Position numbers and translations under genes: made by a program. The notes under the pieces were generated by a model. That model worked only from the letters and a program-made list of their open reading frames with translations. It did no database searches and was not told where the DNA came from. This document shows, piece by piece, positions 50,178 through 59,420 of a stretch of 64,000 nucleotides of DNA. The stretch comes from Truepera sp. (lineage in GTDB: Bacteria; Deinococcota; Deinococci; Deinococcales; Trueperaceae): contig CBDCKW010000009.1 of the NCBI GenBank assembly GCA_965218435.1, positions 3,744,001-3,808,000 of the forward strand. Direction: 5' to 3'. Each line of letters begins with the position of its first letter. Position 1 is the stretch's first letter.

Positions 50178-50411
50178 GTGCTGCCCGAACTGATTTTGGT
50201 GACCTGCGGAGCGTGTAACGGTGAAGGTTACACGCTCGCCGTAACGAGCGCGGCAGGAGACGGGTTGCCTGCTGAGCAGAGCGAACCGTGCCCGGTCTGT
50301 GGCGGTTCGGGTGAGGTAGAAGTTTGTGCGGGGTGCCTCGAGATACCCGCTATTTCAGGGGGGCTCGAGGTTTGCGGCTGTGTCAGCGTGATGCTCAAAA
50401 GGGCCGCTTAA
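50178..50411 (+). CDS. 77-aa DnaJ-type zinc-finger micro-protein
   Basis: CGACNGEG, CPVCGGSG, CAGC, CGC; GAGGA SD. Confidence 0.75.
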   Translation: MLPELILVTCGACNGEGYTLAVTSAAGDGLPAEQSEPCPVCGGSGEVEVCAGCLEIPAISGGLEVCGCVSVMLKRAA

Positions 50412-50980
50412 TGCGATTGAACGTAAGCCGCTAAGTTTGTTAAAGCACTCGAAAGCGCATCCCGTAGTGCCGGGTCACGAATCTGTCTGTCAGCCCCGAT
50501 AGTCTCTCGCGGCACAGGGATACGAACACACGCCGACTCAGCGATGTCTGCGTTTAGATAACCTAGAACCTTCCGCAAAGAGGCGTGCGCGTCCGCCCCG
50601 CCTGTAGGCGCAGCGAGCGTTGCGGTATTGATCCACGCCACAGGTTTCCGGTACATCTCACTGCTCCCGACCGTCCAGTCGAGCAGGTTCTTGAATGAAC
50701 CCGGCAAAGCTCCTGCATATTCAGGCGTCGAAAAGAGTACAGCGTCAGCTTCGCCGATACGTCGGCGCAAGTCAAGGACAGCGGGGTGAAGTGGTTTGCT
50801 ACTGTCATGAGGGTCGTCGTCAGGATTGAAGTGAGGCAGCGCGGCAAGCCCACCGTACAGTTCGGCGCTTACCCCGGACGGTAAAAGCTCGAGCACTGTT
50901 CTTAAAACTGCGGTGTTGCTCGAGGCTGCCCGCAGGCTACCGCTTATCAGTAAAAACCGAACAGTAGCTGCCCGCATCAA
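50408..50980 (-). CDS. NADPH-dependent FMN reductase
   Basis: ISGSLRAASSN, LPHFNPD, STPEYAGALPGSFKNLLDW. Confidence 0.9.
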   Translation of the reverse strand: MMRAATVRFLLISGSLRAASSNTAVLRTVLELLPSGVSAELYGGLAALPHFNPDDDPHDSSKPLHPAVLDLRRRIGEADAVLFSTPEYAGALPGSFKNLLDWTVGSSEMYRKPVAWINTATLAAPTGGADAHASLRKVLGYLNADIAESACVRIPVPRETIGADRQIRDPALRDALSSALTNLAAYVQSH

Positions 50981-52156
50981 TTAAGCTCTAGCGAGCGCCC
51001 GCTCCCGTAATTCGGCAACTTTATCGGTCTTCTCCCACGGGAACCCCGCCCGGCCAAAATGCCCGTAGGCGCTCGTCTCCCGGTAGATGGGGCGTTTGAG
51101 GTCAAGCTGCGCGATAATCGCGCCCGGACGGGCGTCGAACACATCTTGTAAAAGTTCGGCTAGCGTCTCATCGGGTAGGTCCGAAGTGCCGAAGGTGTCT
51201 ACATAGATACCCACGGGTTGCGCGACGCCGATAGCGTAGGCGAGCTGCACCTGGGCGCGTTTGGCGAGGCCCGCCGCCACGAGGTTTTTGGCCATATAAC
51301 GCGCGTAGTATGAGGCGCTCCGGTCAACTTTAGTTGGGTCTTTGCCGCTAAACGCGCCCCCGCCGTGCGGCGCGGCCCCGCCGTAGGTATCGACGATAAT
51401 TTTGCGGCCCGTCAGCCCTGCGTCTCCTTCCGGGCCACCGATCACAAAACGCCCGGTCGGGTTGATATAAAAGCGGGTGTCGGCGGTGAGCAGGTGCTCG
51501 GGGATAACGGCGCGGATGATGTGCGTCTCGAGGTCACCTTGAAGCTGTTCTAAACTCACATCCGGGTGGTGCTGCGCCGAGAGAACGACCGCTGTCACCT
51601 CGACCGGCGTGTCGCCGTCGTAAGCAATCGTGACCTGCGCTTTCCCGTCAGGGCGGAGGTAGGGGAGAAGTCCGGTTTTTCTCACCTCGGCCAGACGGTA
51701 CGTCAGTGCGTGGGCGAGGGTGATCGGCAGCGGCATCAGCTCGGGGGTTTCGTCCGTGGCGTAGCCGAACATCAACCCTTGATCGCCAGCTCCGATAAGA
51801 TCGTATGGGTCGCCGGTACCCGCGTTTTGTGAGTGCGCTACGCCCTGGGCAATATCGGGCGACTGTTCGGTAATAGCAATCAGCACCGCCGAGTGGTCGG
51901 CGTCAATGCCGTAAGCCGCGTCGGTATAGCCGACTTCACGAACCGTGTCGCGCACGAGCCGCTGCACGTCCACGTAGCCGTTACAGGTGACCTCACCGGC
52001 AATCAGCGCGAGACCCTTCGTAAGGATGGTTTCAGCCGCGACGCGGGCGTCGGGGTCAACGGCTAACATCGCGTCGAGCACGCTGTCGCTAATGCGGTCG
52101 GCGAGTTTGTCGGGGTGGCCTTCAGTCACCGATTCCGAGGTAATGAGTTTGTACAT
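50981..52156 (-). CDS. metK: S-adenosylmethionine synthetase
   Basis: [40 protein letters not shown]. Confidence 0.98.
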   Translation of the reverse strand: MYKLITSESVTEGHPDKLADRISDSVLDAMLAVDPDARVAAETILTKGLALIAGEVTCNGYVDVQRLVRDTVREVGYTDAAYGIDADHSAVLIAITEQSPDIAQGVAHSQNAGTGDPYDLIGAGDQGLMFGYATDETPELMPLPITLAHALTYRLAEVRKTGLLPYLRPDGKAQVTIAYDGDTPVEVTAVVLSAQHHPDVSLEQLQGDLETHIIRAVIPEHLLTADTRFYINPTGRFVIGGPEGDAGLTGRKIIVDTYGGAAPHGGGAFSGKDPTKVDRSASYYARYMAKNLVAAGLAKRAQVQLAYAIGVAQPVGIYVDTFGTSDLPDETLAELLQDVFDARPGAIIAQLDLKRPIYRETSAYGHFGRAGFPWEKTDKVAELRERALARA

Positions 52157-52419
52157 AGTAATGACTCCTAATAAAAGGGTTGGGGTTTTCTCAAGTATCG
52201 CAGCGTCTGCCGCGCAGGTTGGGCGAGTATAGCAAGGGGTAAGACGGGTTTAAGCACGCTACCTTACGGCTTTTAGGGGTGCTGACCCGCTTTTTGATGA
52301 CGTGTTTGCTACCTCGAGCAGCACTTCGAAATACGGCCAAGCGGCGGCTGGGCGTGTGCCTGTTTATTGGGTTCTGGTGCCGATATCCTACCTAAAAAGT
52401 GGGGGTATACTGGCGCTCT

Positions 52420-52959
52420 GTGTCTGTCTCTGCTTCGCACAACGTCGTTATCCGCCCTGCAACCGTCTCAGACGCTGCCGGACTAGGGACTTTGCACCGC
52501 GGCATCTACGGAGAGGGTCGCTGGTTTGTCGGCGACGGCTCCCCGACAACCGAAACGCTGCGCGGGCGAATTCGGGCGCTCGCTCCTACTCGTTCGCTCT
52601 ACCTGGTTGCGGCGGAAACCGGTGACTTAGGAACTAAAACAGCCCTTAAAAGTGAATTGCGGGGCTGGCTCGAGCTCCACCGTTTAACGCCGCAAAAGCT
52701 CGAGCACGTCGCGGTTTTGACGCTGGCGGTCGGGGAACCGTTTCGGCGGCGGGGGCTGGCCGGAGCACTGTTAGCGCACGCCTATCCGTGGGCGCGTGAG
52801 GTCGGCGTGCTTAAAATTCAGCTGAGCGTCCGAGCTAGAAACGCAGCGGCAGTGTCGCTCTACGAGCGCGAAGGCTTTGAACTCGAGGGCCGTGAACGGA
52901 GTCAGGTGTTTGACGACGAGGGTTTTGAAGATAACCTCCTGATGGCCAAGTTTTTGTAG
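52420..52959 (+). CDS. GNAT-family N-acetyltransferase
   Basis: V..PFRRRGLAGALL, N.AA..LYEREGF. Start GTG 52420 after TATACT (the ORF track starts at 52399). Confidence 0.88.
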   Translation: MSVSASHNVVIRPATVSDAAGLGTLHRGIYGEGRWFVGDGSPTTETLRGRIRALAPTRSLYLVAAETGDLGTKTALKSELRGWLELHRLTPQKLEHVAVLTLAVGEPFRRRGLAGALLAHAYPWAREVGVLKIQLSVRARNAAAVSLYEREGFELEGRERSQVFDDEGFEDNLLMAKFL

Positions 52960-53008
52960 CCTTTGCGTCTTAGCTCCGTCAGGGCTGCCTTAGCCTAGTC
53001 TTATACTT

Positions 53009-53557
53009 ATGGTGATGGATACGCCTAGTCTAGCCTCGAGTATACGAATTGGTGAATGGCCCGAGCAGCGTGTCGCGCTCTTTGTGGATACGCAAAACCT
53101 CTACTACGCCGCCCGCGACGTTTATAGCCGCCACGTAGACTATGAAACGTTGTTGTCGCTGAGTATCCGGGGCCGCCACTTGGCGCAGGCGAGCGCCTAT
53201 GTGGTCGAGCGTGAAGGGGAGGCGACCGCCTACGGCTTTGTCACCAAACTCTCGTCGCTCGGTTACCGGGTTCGCCGCCGTAAAGTGCGCGTTCACCGCG
53301 CCGACAGCGGTGGACGGCCCGTGTTAGAAGGCGATTGGGATATGGGCGTCGCTGCCGACATCGTACGGGCGTGGGAGTTTGTCGAGGTGATTGTCTTGGC
53401 GAGTGGCGATGGGGATTTTGTGCCTCTGTTAGAACTGGCGCAGCAGCGGGGGAAACGCGTTGAGGTGTTGTCATTTCGGGAAGCCTCCTCTCAACTCCTC
53501 TTAGACATGGCCGACGCGTTTCAGAACCTCGCCGATGTTCCTGATATATTCGTCTAA
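53009..53557 (+). CDS. NYN-domain (LabA/DUF88) protein
   Basis: LFVDTQNL, GDWDMG, LASGDGDFVPL, GKRVEV. Confidence 0.9.
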   Translation: MVMDTPSLASSIRIGEWPEQRVALFVDTQNLYYAARDVYSRHVDYETLLSLSIRGRHLAQASAYVVEREGEATAYGFVTKLSSLGYRVRRRKVRVHRADSGGRPVLEGDWDMGVAADIVRAWEFVEVIVLASGDGDFVPLLELAQQRGKRVEVLSFREASSQLLLDMADAFQNLADVPDIFV

Positions 53558-53831
53558 ACCAGTCTAAAAATCCAGCTGGGCAGTGTCGGCATTTGCTTTT
53601 ATCGTTATGCTCTAAGTGTGTAAAGATGCTGTTTTCTTTTGTAAGCTGGTAGCTTCCGACTTCTTTATTCTGAATTCTTACTTCTTTTAGATAGCACGCT
53701 GGAAACGCTGCAAGCTGACTTTAGAAGGCTGCCAGACCCCAGCAATTGGGTTGACCACCGCTGAGGGTAGACTCAGCTTCACGTAGGGTAAAGTGTGAGT
53801 CTGTTACCAACCATCTCTTTGAGGCGTCGTT

Positions 53832-55325
53832 ATGGCTGCTGACCCGACCCCCAACTTAACTCCTGATTTGAACAAAGTCGCCGCCCGCTATGAAGCGGCG
53901 CTGCCCGCCGGTACGCTGCTGAGTTTTCCGGTGACTCAACTTGACGCAACGGGCGTACCGTCGTGGAGCGTGACGCTGATTCCGGGGAGTCCGAGCGGGG
54001 GTCACGGTTACGGCTGGGGCGACGCGCAAGCTAAAGTGAGTGCGCTGGGTGAGCTGCACGAACGGTTGCAAAGCCAACTCGTCATCCCGACGCTACCGAC
54101 CGAGCGGGCGTCATACGCTGAGCTCATACAAACTTACGGGGAACAGGTTGTCACCGACCCATTGACGCTTTCGCTCCCGGCAGGGAGCCCTTACACGCCG
54201 GAGACGCCCCGTTTGTGGGTCACGATGACGCGTTTTGGTACCGGTGAGGCGGTCTGGGTCCCGTTAGAAACGGCAGCCTCGAGCCCCGCTGAACTCCCTA
54301 CCGGCTACGAGCCCCTTTACTTAAGCGTTTCCAACGGTCTCGGCGCAGGGTTTAGTACCGAGCAGGCCCTCAGCCACGCCGTGTTTGAACTGTTACAGCG
54401 CGACGGCAATAGCGTCAACTACCGGGCACTCGATCAGGGCGTCGGGGTTGACCTCGCCGGGGCCGAGTTGCCGGAGCGGGTGACGGGCTTGCTGAGGCGT
54501 TTTGCCGATCTCGGGGTAGACGTGCAGGTCAAGCTCGCGGCGACCGACTTCGGCCTGACCAATGTCTACGTCGTCGGGGCAAATCCGGCGGGGGAGACGG
54601 TAGGAGCGTCAGTGGGCATTATGGCGGCGGGCGCAGGCGAGGCGTGTCATCCGGCTAAAGATGTGGCCCTCGAGAAAGCCCTGCTGGAATTCGCCGCCGC
54701 CCGGACTCGTTTGGCGTTTAATCACGGGTCTCTGGAGCGCGTGCAGGAGCTTGCGCCGCCGGGGTATCTCGAGACTTATCAGCGGGCATTCGGTAACCTG
54801 CCCGAAGAGGCGCGGGCGCTTTCAGCGATGCAGGCGTGGCTACAGCTCGAGCCCAAAACGCTCCGTGACCGTTTAGCAAAAGTTTATGAAGTCCGCCGTC
54901 AAGTGCCGTGGCGTGAGCTGCCACACGCGCAACCCGCCGACCCACTGACCGACGCCGTAACGCGGCTCGCAGGCTTTGACCTGCTCTACTTAGAACTCGC
55001 CAGCCCCAAAGCTCGAGAGCACGGCGTCACTGCAGTAAAGGCGGTGGTACCGGGGCTCGAGGTCGAAACGGTCAGCTATACCCGCCTGGGTGCGCGCAAC
55101 CTGACCCGGTTACTGGACAGAGAAAGTCCGTTTGCCGGACTGGGTATGCCCCCGGCCGGAGCCGCACCGATTCGGCTGACCGAAGAGGCTGAGGCTGCGT
55201 TCGGCACTCCCGCATGGCTCGGTATAGAAGCCCTGACCCGCTTTGCCGACCCTCTTTACCCGCTCTACCGTGAACCCAGCCGCCACGCGGCGCGTTGGGC
55301 TGAACTGGATACACTAGACCGGTGA
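53832..55325 (+). CDS. YcaO-family ATP-dependent amide-activating enzyme
   Basis: VTQLDATGVP, GYG..AKVSALGELHER, SNGLGAG, FELLQRDG, ALEKALLE, KAVVPGLE. Confidence 0.85.
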   Translation: MAADPTPNLTPDLNKVAARYEAALPAGTLLSFPVTQLDATGVPSWSVTLIPGSPSGGHGYGWGDAQAKVSALGELHERLQSQLVIPTLPTERASYAELIQTYGEQVVTDPLTLSLPAGSPYTPETPRLWVTMTRFGTGEAVWVPLETAASSPAELPTGYEPLYLSVSNGLGAGFSTEQALSHAVFELLQRDGNSVNYRALDQGVGVDLAGAELPERVTGLLRRFADLGVDVQVKLAATDFGLTNVYVVGANPAGETVGASVGIMAAGAGEACHPAKDVALEKALLEFAAARTRLAFNHGSLERVQELAPPGYLETYQRAFGNLPEEARALSAMQAWLQLEPKTLRDRLAKVYEVRRQVPWRELPHAQPADPLTDAVTRLAGFDLLYLELASPKAREHGVTAVKAVVPGLEVETVSYTRLGARNLTRLLDRESPFAGLGMPPAGAAPIRLTEEAEAAFGTPAWLGIEALTRFADPLYPLYREPSRHAARWAELDTLDR

Positions 55326-56353
55326 CCCAATTATCCACCCCGCTATCTTTTGAGCAGTTTGCGAAGTTGATGACGATCTGTGCCCGCCGTGACCTGCGGT
55401 TTGAAGGTGTCCCGATGTATTTGGGGTTGGCGGCTTTGGACAAAGCCGCCACCTTTACGCCCGCCGCCGCCGGAGCCGAGCTCGCCGCCGCTGCCGAGAC
55501 CTTGTTCGCCCAATTTTTAGCGCACAACCCCGACCCTTCGGTGCTCGAGCTGCGCCTGTTTGTCGAAACGCTCGCCCAAGGCTTGTTCAGCCCGACCCTG
55601 ACCCCGGCCCCTGAGCCGATTGATATTGTGCGGCCTGACGAAGAGGAGCCGTCCCTAATGCTTCCTAAACCGTTTGAGGCGTCGTTTAGGGAGCTATTGG
55701 CAAACTTTCGCGCGGGCAGCTACCTCCGCACCGTCAACTTTCACAGCACGCCGCGAAGTAGCGCCGCTTATTACGCCAAGCTCTTACGTTGGTACGCCGA
55801 GCACTTTTCCACACTAGATGAGGGTGATTTGGAGGAATTCTTTAACACCGGCCGCTGGCATAAAGAAAAGCCGCCGCTGCTGCTGTCTTTTTTTGAGGGA
55901 ACCCGTAACCACTATGAGGTCATCCTGCCGCTGTTAGAACGCTACGGACTCACCGCCTGGTTTTTTATCATTCCGCACTTTTTGGAGGTGCCGCCCGCCG
56001 AACAGGTAACCTACGCAAATACGCACTACATCGGCGTGACCCCCGGCGAGTACGGTGACGAGCGCCTCACGCTTTCTTGGAACGAGGTGCGGGAGCTGAG
56101 CCAAAACCACGTCATCGTCAGCCATACTTTGACGCACACCGCCCTGACGCCCGACTCGTCCGACGCGCTGATGATACGTGAAATTGAAGTGTCTAAACGC
56201 GTGTTAGAGGCGCAACTCGGCCGAGAGGTCGAGAGCTTCGCGTGGCTGCTCGGGGCTGAACACGGCCTCAACCCGAGGGCCGACGCCTATTTGCTGCGTG
56301 CCGGTTACCGCTATCTGTTCAGCACCTTTAAGCTGCAGCGGCTGCGCGGTTGA
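55322..56353 (+). CDS. Divergent polysaccharide-deacetylase (CE4/NodB)-like protein with unknown N-terminal domain
   Basis: NFH, LSFFEG (in place of TFDDG), LERYGLTAWFFI, LSWNEVREL, SHTLTH, SFAW; GTGA overlap with the YcaO gene. Confidence 0.75.
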   Translation: MTQLSTPLSFEQFAKLMTICARRDLRFEGVPMYLGLAALDKAATFTPAAAGAELAAAAETLFAQFLAHNPDPSVLELRLFVETLAQGLFSPTLTPAPEPIDIVRPDEEEPSLMLPKPFEASFRELLANFRAGSYLRTVNFHSTPRSSAAYYAKLLRWYAEHFSTLDEGDLEEFFNTGRWHKEKPPLLLSFFEGTRNHYEVILPLLERYGLTAWFFIIPHFLEVPPAEQVTYANTHYIGVTPGEYGDERLTLSWNEVRELSQNHVIVSHTLTHTALTPDSSDALMIREIEVSKRVLEAQLGREVESFAWLLGAEHGLNPRADAYLLRAGYRYLFSTFKLQRLRG

Positions 56354-56433
56354 CGTGCGTTTCTCCAGGCCGTAGCAGTACGGGTGTGCATTTCTAAACG
56401 TTTTCCTAAAAAGGCGCAAGGTAGGATGCTACG

Positions 56434-56802
56434 GTGTCCGAGGTAACGCCTGAAACCACGCAGTCCGTGCTGCCCCTGACTGTGACCCTGTGTGGCCGTT
56501 TGGGAAAGCTCACCGCGATAACTGAACCGGCCGCTGAAGCCGTAACTTCAGGAGGCAACACGGTTGGCGCGGACGGTTGCTGGGTCTGGCGAACCGACGA
56601 AGGGTTTTTGCGTACGGCTACACCTACGCACAGCTCGCTCCTCAGCCTCGCTTGCGACGTAGCCGAGCTTTATCATCAGCACTGCACGCTGCAGCTAAGT
56701 GGCTTGCCCGGTGAAAGGCTCGAGGTGATCTGGCTCGAGCTGGCTGCGGATAATGCCTTACTGGTTTTTTTGAAGCCGGTCGTTCCTAATACCTACACTT
56801 AA
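56434..56802 (+). CDS. Hypothetical protein
   Basis: GTG 6 nt after a TAGGAT -10; followed by a terminator. Confidence 0.55.
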   Translation: MSEVTPETTQSVLPLTVTLCGRLGKLTAITEPAAEAVTSGGNTVGADGCWVWRTDEGFLRTATPTHSSLLSLACDVAELYHQHCTLQLSGLPGERLEVIWLELAADNALLVFLKPVVPNTYT

Positions 56803-56811
56803 CTAAAGACA

Positions 56812-56856
56812 AAAGCCGACTGAGAAGAGCGACCCACGCTTTTTTCAGTCGGCTTT
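56812..56856. terminator. Bidirectional terminator
   Basis: AAAGCCGACTGAGAAGAGCG-N5-CGCTTTTTTCAGTCGGCTTT between convergent genes. Confidence 0.8.
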
Positions 56857-56906
56857 GGCATCAGGCTTGGGACTCGCCCAAAACTAGCCCTACAACTTCT
56901 AACTTC

Positions 56907-57554
56907 TTAAAAGTATTCAGACCAAACAAATGAGTCTGGAATAGCTCCCGAGGTTAGGACGGTACCGCTCTCTGTAAAGCTTGTGATGACCTGATTCCAA
57001 CCGGGAGCCAAAGTGATGTCAACAGCACTAAGACCCGTTTGTGAACCTACTACACAGGTTGCTTTGCTCTTATAGGCGTCTGTGACATAAATCCACGCTC
57101 CACGTTTCCCAGAGCCTTGTGGGTCTCCAAGATTGTAAAAGCCTACGACTTCAGCACTTGTAGTCGGCGTCGTCACCGCAGATGCGACAATAGAAATGAG
57201 AAACGCTGCCTTCGGGTCTGCTGCGGTGCAACCAAGGGGTATAAAGGTGCTTTCATCAGGAGCCGAAAGCTCGATACGAAACGCGCCGCCCGTTGAGACG
57301 TTACTTTTGTATAGCGGTGGGGCGAGCTCGAGCGTATCAGAATCGGGATTGGAGCCGACCGAGGCCGAGTAACCGGCTACTAGGGTAATAAAAGCTTCAC
57401 CCGCAGACCAACCTGTGAGCATGCCGGAAATCTCAGTAACCGGAAAAGTTCCGGGTAGCTGTTCGGGCGGCTTGGTGACGACAGGCTCTCGACATCCCGC
57501 TAAGATAGTAGTACAGCAGGTTAACAGTAAGGCCAAACGGGTACCTCTTAGCAT
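56907..57554 (-). CDS. Hypothetical lipoprotein
   Basis: Lipobox ILAGC, AGGAG SD, C-terminal 'LAPGWNQV' motif. Confidence 0.75.
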   Translation of the reverse strand: MLRGTRLALLLTCCTTILAGCREPVVTKPPEQLPGTFPVTEISGMLTGWSAGEAFITLVAGYSASVGSNPDSDTLELAPPLYKSNVSTGGAFRIELSAPDESTFIPLGCTAADPKAAFLISIVASAVTTPTTSAEVVGFYNLGDPQGSGKRGAWIYVTDAYKSKATCVVGSQTGLSAVDITLAPGWNQVITSFTESGTVLTSGAIPDSFVWSEYF

Positions 57555-57740
57555 CTTATAGACTCCTAACCTATTAGCATCAGATATTCTTAAACAGCTT
57601 GACAGAGCTCATGTTGGTTCAGTGAATTTATCAAGCTTCGTGATTTCATAGTTTTTACATCTTTTGCTCACATTTTTGGTGCGACCGTTTTGAAACGTTT
57701 CTGACGAGACGCACATTAAACTACGCGCTATAGTCCTCTT

Positions 57741-58916
57741 ATGACCAACAACCCGGTATTTGTAACAGCCCTGCGCACGCCTGTCGGTAGAGCGCACAAA
57801 GGAATGCTCAAAGACACCCGCCCCGACGACCTCGGCGGCTTTATCTTAAAAGAGGCGTTGGCCCATACGACCGGTTTAGACCCGGAGCGTATTGACGATG
57901 TGCTTATGGGCAACGCGCACCCCGAAGGCGAAGCGGGGTACAACGTGGCGCGAATTGCGCTGCAGATTGCCGGATTGCCGGATTCGGTCGCGGGCGCAAC
58001 GGTCAACCGCTTTTGCGCCTCGGGCCTGCAGACGATGGTGCAGGGGTCGCAGGCAGTGGCGGCGGGGATGTGTGAGGTCGTCTTTGCCGGGGGTGTTGAC
58101 TGCACCTCGAGAGTACCGATGGGCGGTCACACGGTGTCGATTAATAAGGCGCTCTATAAACGTTTGCCGGGAGCCTACGCCACGATGGGGCAGACGGCTG
58201 AGGCAGTCGCAAGGAAGTTCGGGATCAGCCGTGAGCAGCAAGACGCGTTTGCCCTCCGGTCACACCAAAAAGCAGTGGCGGCGCAGGAAGCCGGACGTTT
58301 TGAGACTCAGGTCGTCCCGGTTAAGACGAGGGTCAAAGATGAAGCGGGTGACTGGCGCGAGGTCACCCTCACCAAAGACGAAGGCCCACGAGCCGGTACG
58401 ACGATGGAAAAGCTCGCAGGACTTAAAACGGTCTTTGCCGATGACGCCGCCGCGACGGTGACGGCGGGGAACTCGAGCCCCCTCAACGACGGCGCGGCGA
58501 TGACCGTGATGATGACCGACACTATGGCCCAAAGCCTCGGCCTTAAACCGCTCGCGTCCCTCGTGCAGGCGGCAGTGGTCGGCGTTGACCCTGCGATTAT
58601 GGGCGTTGGGCCGGTTCCGGCAATTCATAAACTGCTCGGCAAGGTCGGGATGCAGGTCTCAGATATTGACCTTTTTGAGATCAACGAAGCGTTTGCCAGC
58701 CAGTGTTTTTACGCTCAACAAGAGCTCGGGATTCCGGACGAAAAGCTTAATGTAAACGGCGGCGCAATCGCCATCGGTCACCCCCTCGGCGCGACGGGCG
58801 CACGGATTGCCGCCGACCTCTTTGTAGAGATGACCCGCCGCGACGCCGAATACGGCGTCATCTCGATGTGTGTCGGCGGTGGACAAGGGATGGCGGCACT
58901 GTTTAAGCGTGCCTAA
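57741..58916 (+). CDS. Acetyl-CoA C-acyltransferase (thiolase)
   Basis: NRFCASG, NEAF, GGAIAIGHPLGATG, MCVGGGQG. Confidence 0.96.
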   Translation: MTNNPVFVTALRTPVGRAHKGMLKDTRPDDLGGFILKEALAHTTGLDPERIDDVLMGNAHPEGEAGYNVARIALQIAGLPDSVAGATVNRFCASGLQTMVQGSQAVAAGMCEVVFAGGVDCTSRVPMGGHTVSINKALYKRLPGAYATMGQTAEAVARKFGISREQQDAFALRSHQKAVAAQEAGRFETQVVPVKTRVKDEAGDWREVTLTKDEGPRAGTTMEKLAGLKTVFADDAAATVTAGNSSPLNDGAAMTVMMTDTMAQSLGLKPLASLVQAAVVGVDPAIMGVGPVPAIHKLLGKVGMQVSDIDLFEINEAFASQCFYAQQELGIPDEKLNVNGGAIAIGHPLGATGARIAADLFVEMTRRDAEYGVISMCVGGGQGMAALFKRA

Positions 58917-58971
58917 AGATAAAGGAATCTTCACGAGCGTAAGAAACTTGTAAGACTCTCTCGTTTACATT

Positions 58972-59343
58972 GTGAGCGTGGCAACTATCCTTATCGTCGA
59001 CGACCATCCCACCATGCGCTTTTTGCTCAAAAGTATCTTGAAGAGTGAGGGGCATCACGTCTTAGAGGCTGCCGACGGCCAAGCCGCGCTCGCCAGCCTC
59101 GCCGCGTCCCCTGACGTTGCGCTGTTAGTCACCGACGTAGATATGCCGGTGATGAACGGGCTCGAGCTGCTCCGTGCCCTCAGCTTCCGCGCCGACTTAC
59201 CCAAGCTCGTTATCAGCGGCGGCGCGGCCGCGCCGCCGCTGGCCGACCTTGGCGTCAGCGGCTTTTTTAGCAAACCCTTAAACCTAGCGCAGTTCAAACA
59301 CACCGTCGCGCGGCTTATCGGTCCTGAGGTCGCCGCAACTTAA
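58972..59343 (+). CDS. Single-domain response regulator (CheY-like)
   Basis: ILIVDD, TDVDMPVMNG, SKP. Start may be GTG 58978. Confidence 0.9.
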   Translation: MSVATILIVDDHPTMRFLLKSILKSEGHHVLEAADGQAALASLAASPDVALLVTDVDMPVMNGLELLRALSFRADLPKLVISGGAAAPPLADLGVSGFFSKPLNLAQFKHTVARLIGPEVAAT

Positions 59344-59420
59344 CCGCCAAGTAACGACGGTGCGGCGCTGTATGTGCCTATCTACGAGTTTATACGAGAT
59401 ACGGGCGGTATTCTGGAGGC

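Noticed and set aside
47635..50411. Intact prophage
   Set aside because: No integrase, att sites, replication or structural genes in the window.
52157..52260. SAM riboswitch upstream of metK
   Set aside because: Short leader after TATACT with no SAM-I core consensus.
53558..53831. RiPP precursor peptide for the YcaO
   Set aside because: No SD-led short ORF with a Cys/Ser/Thr-rich core could be identified.
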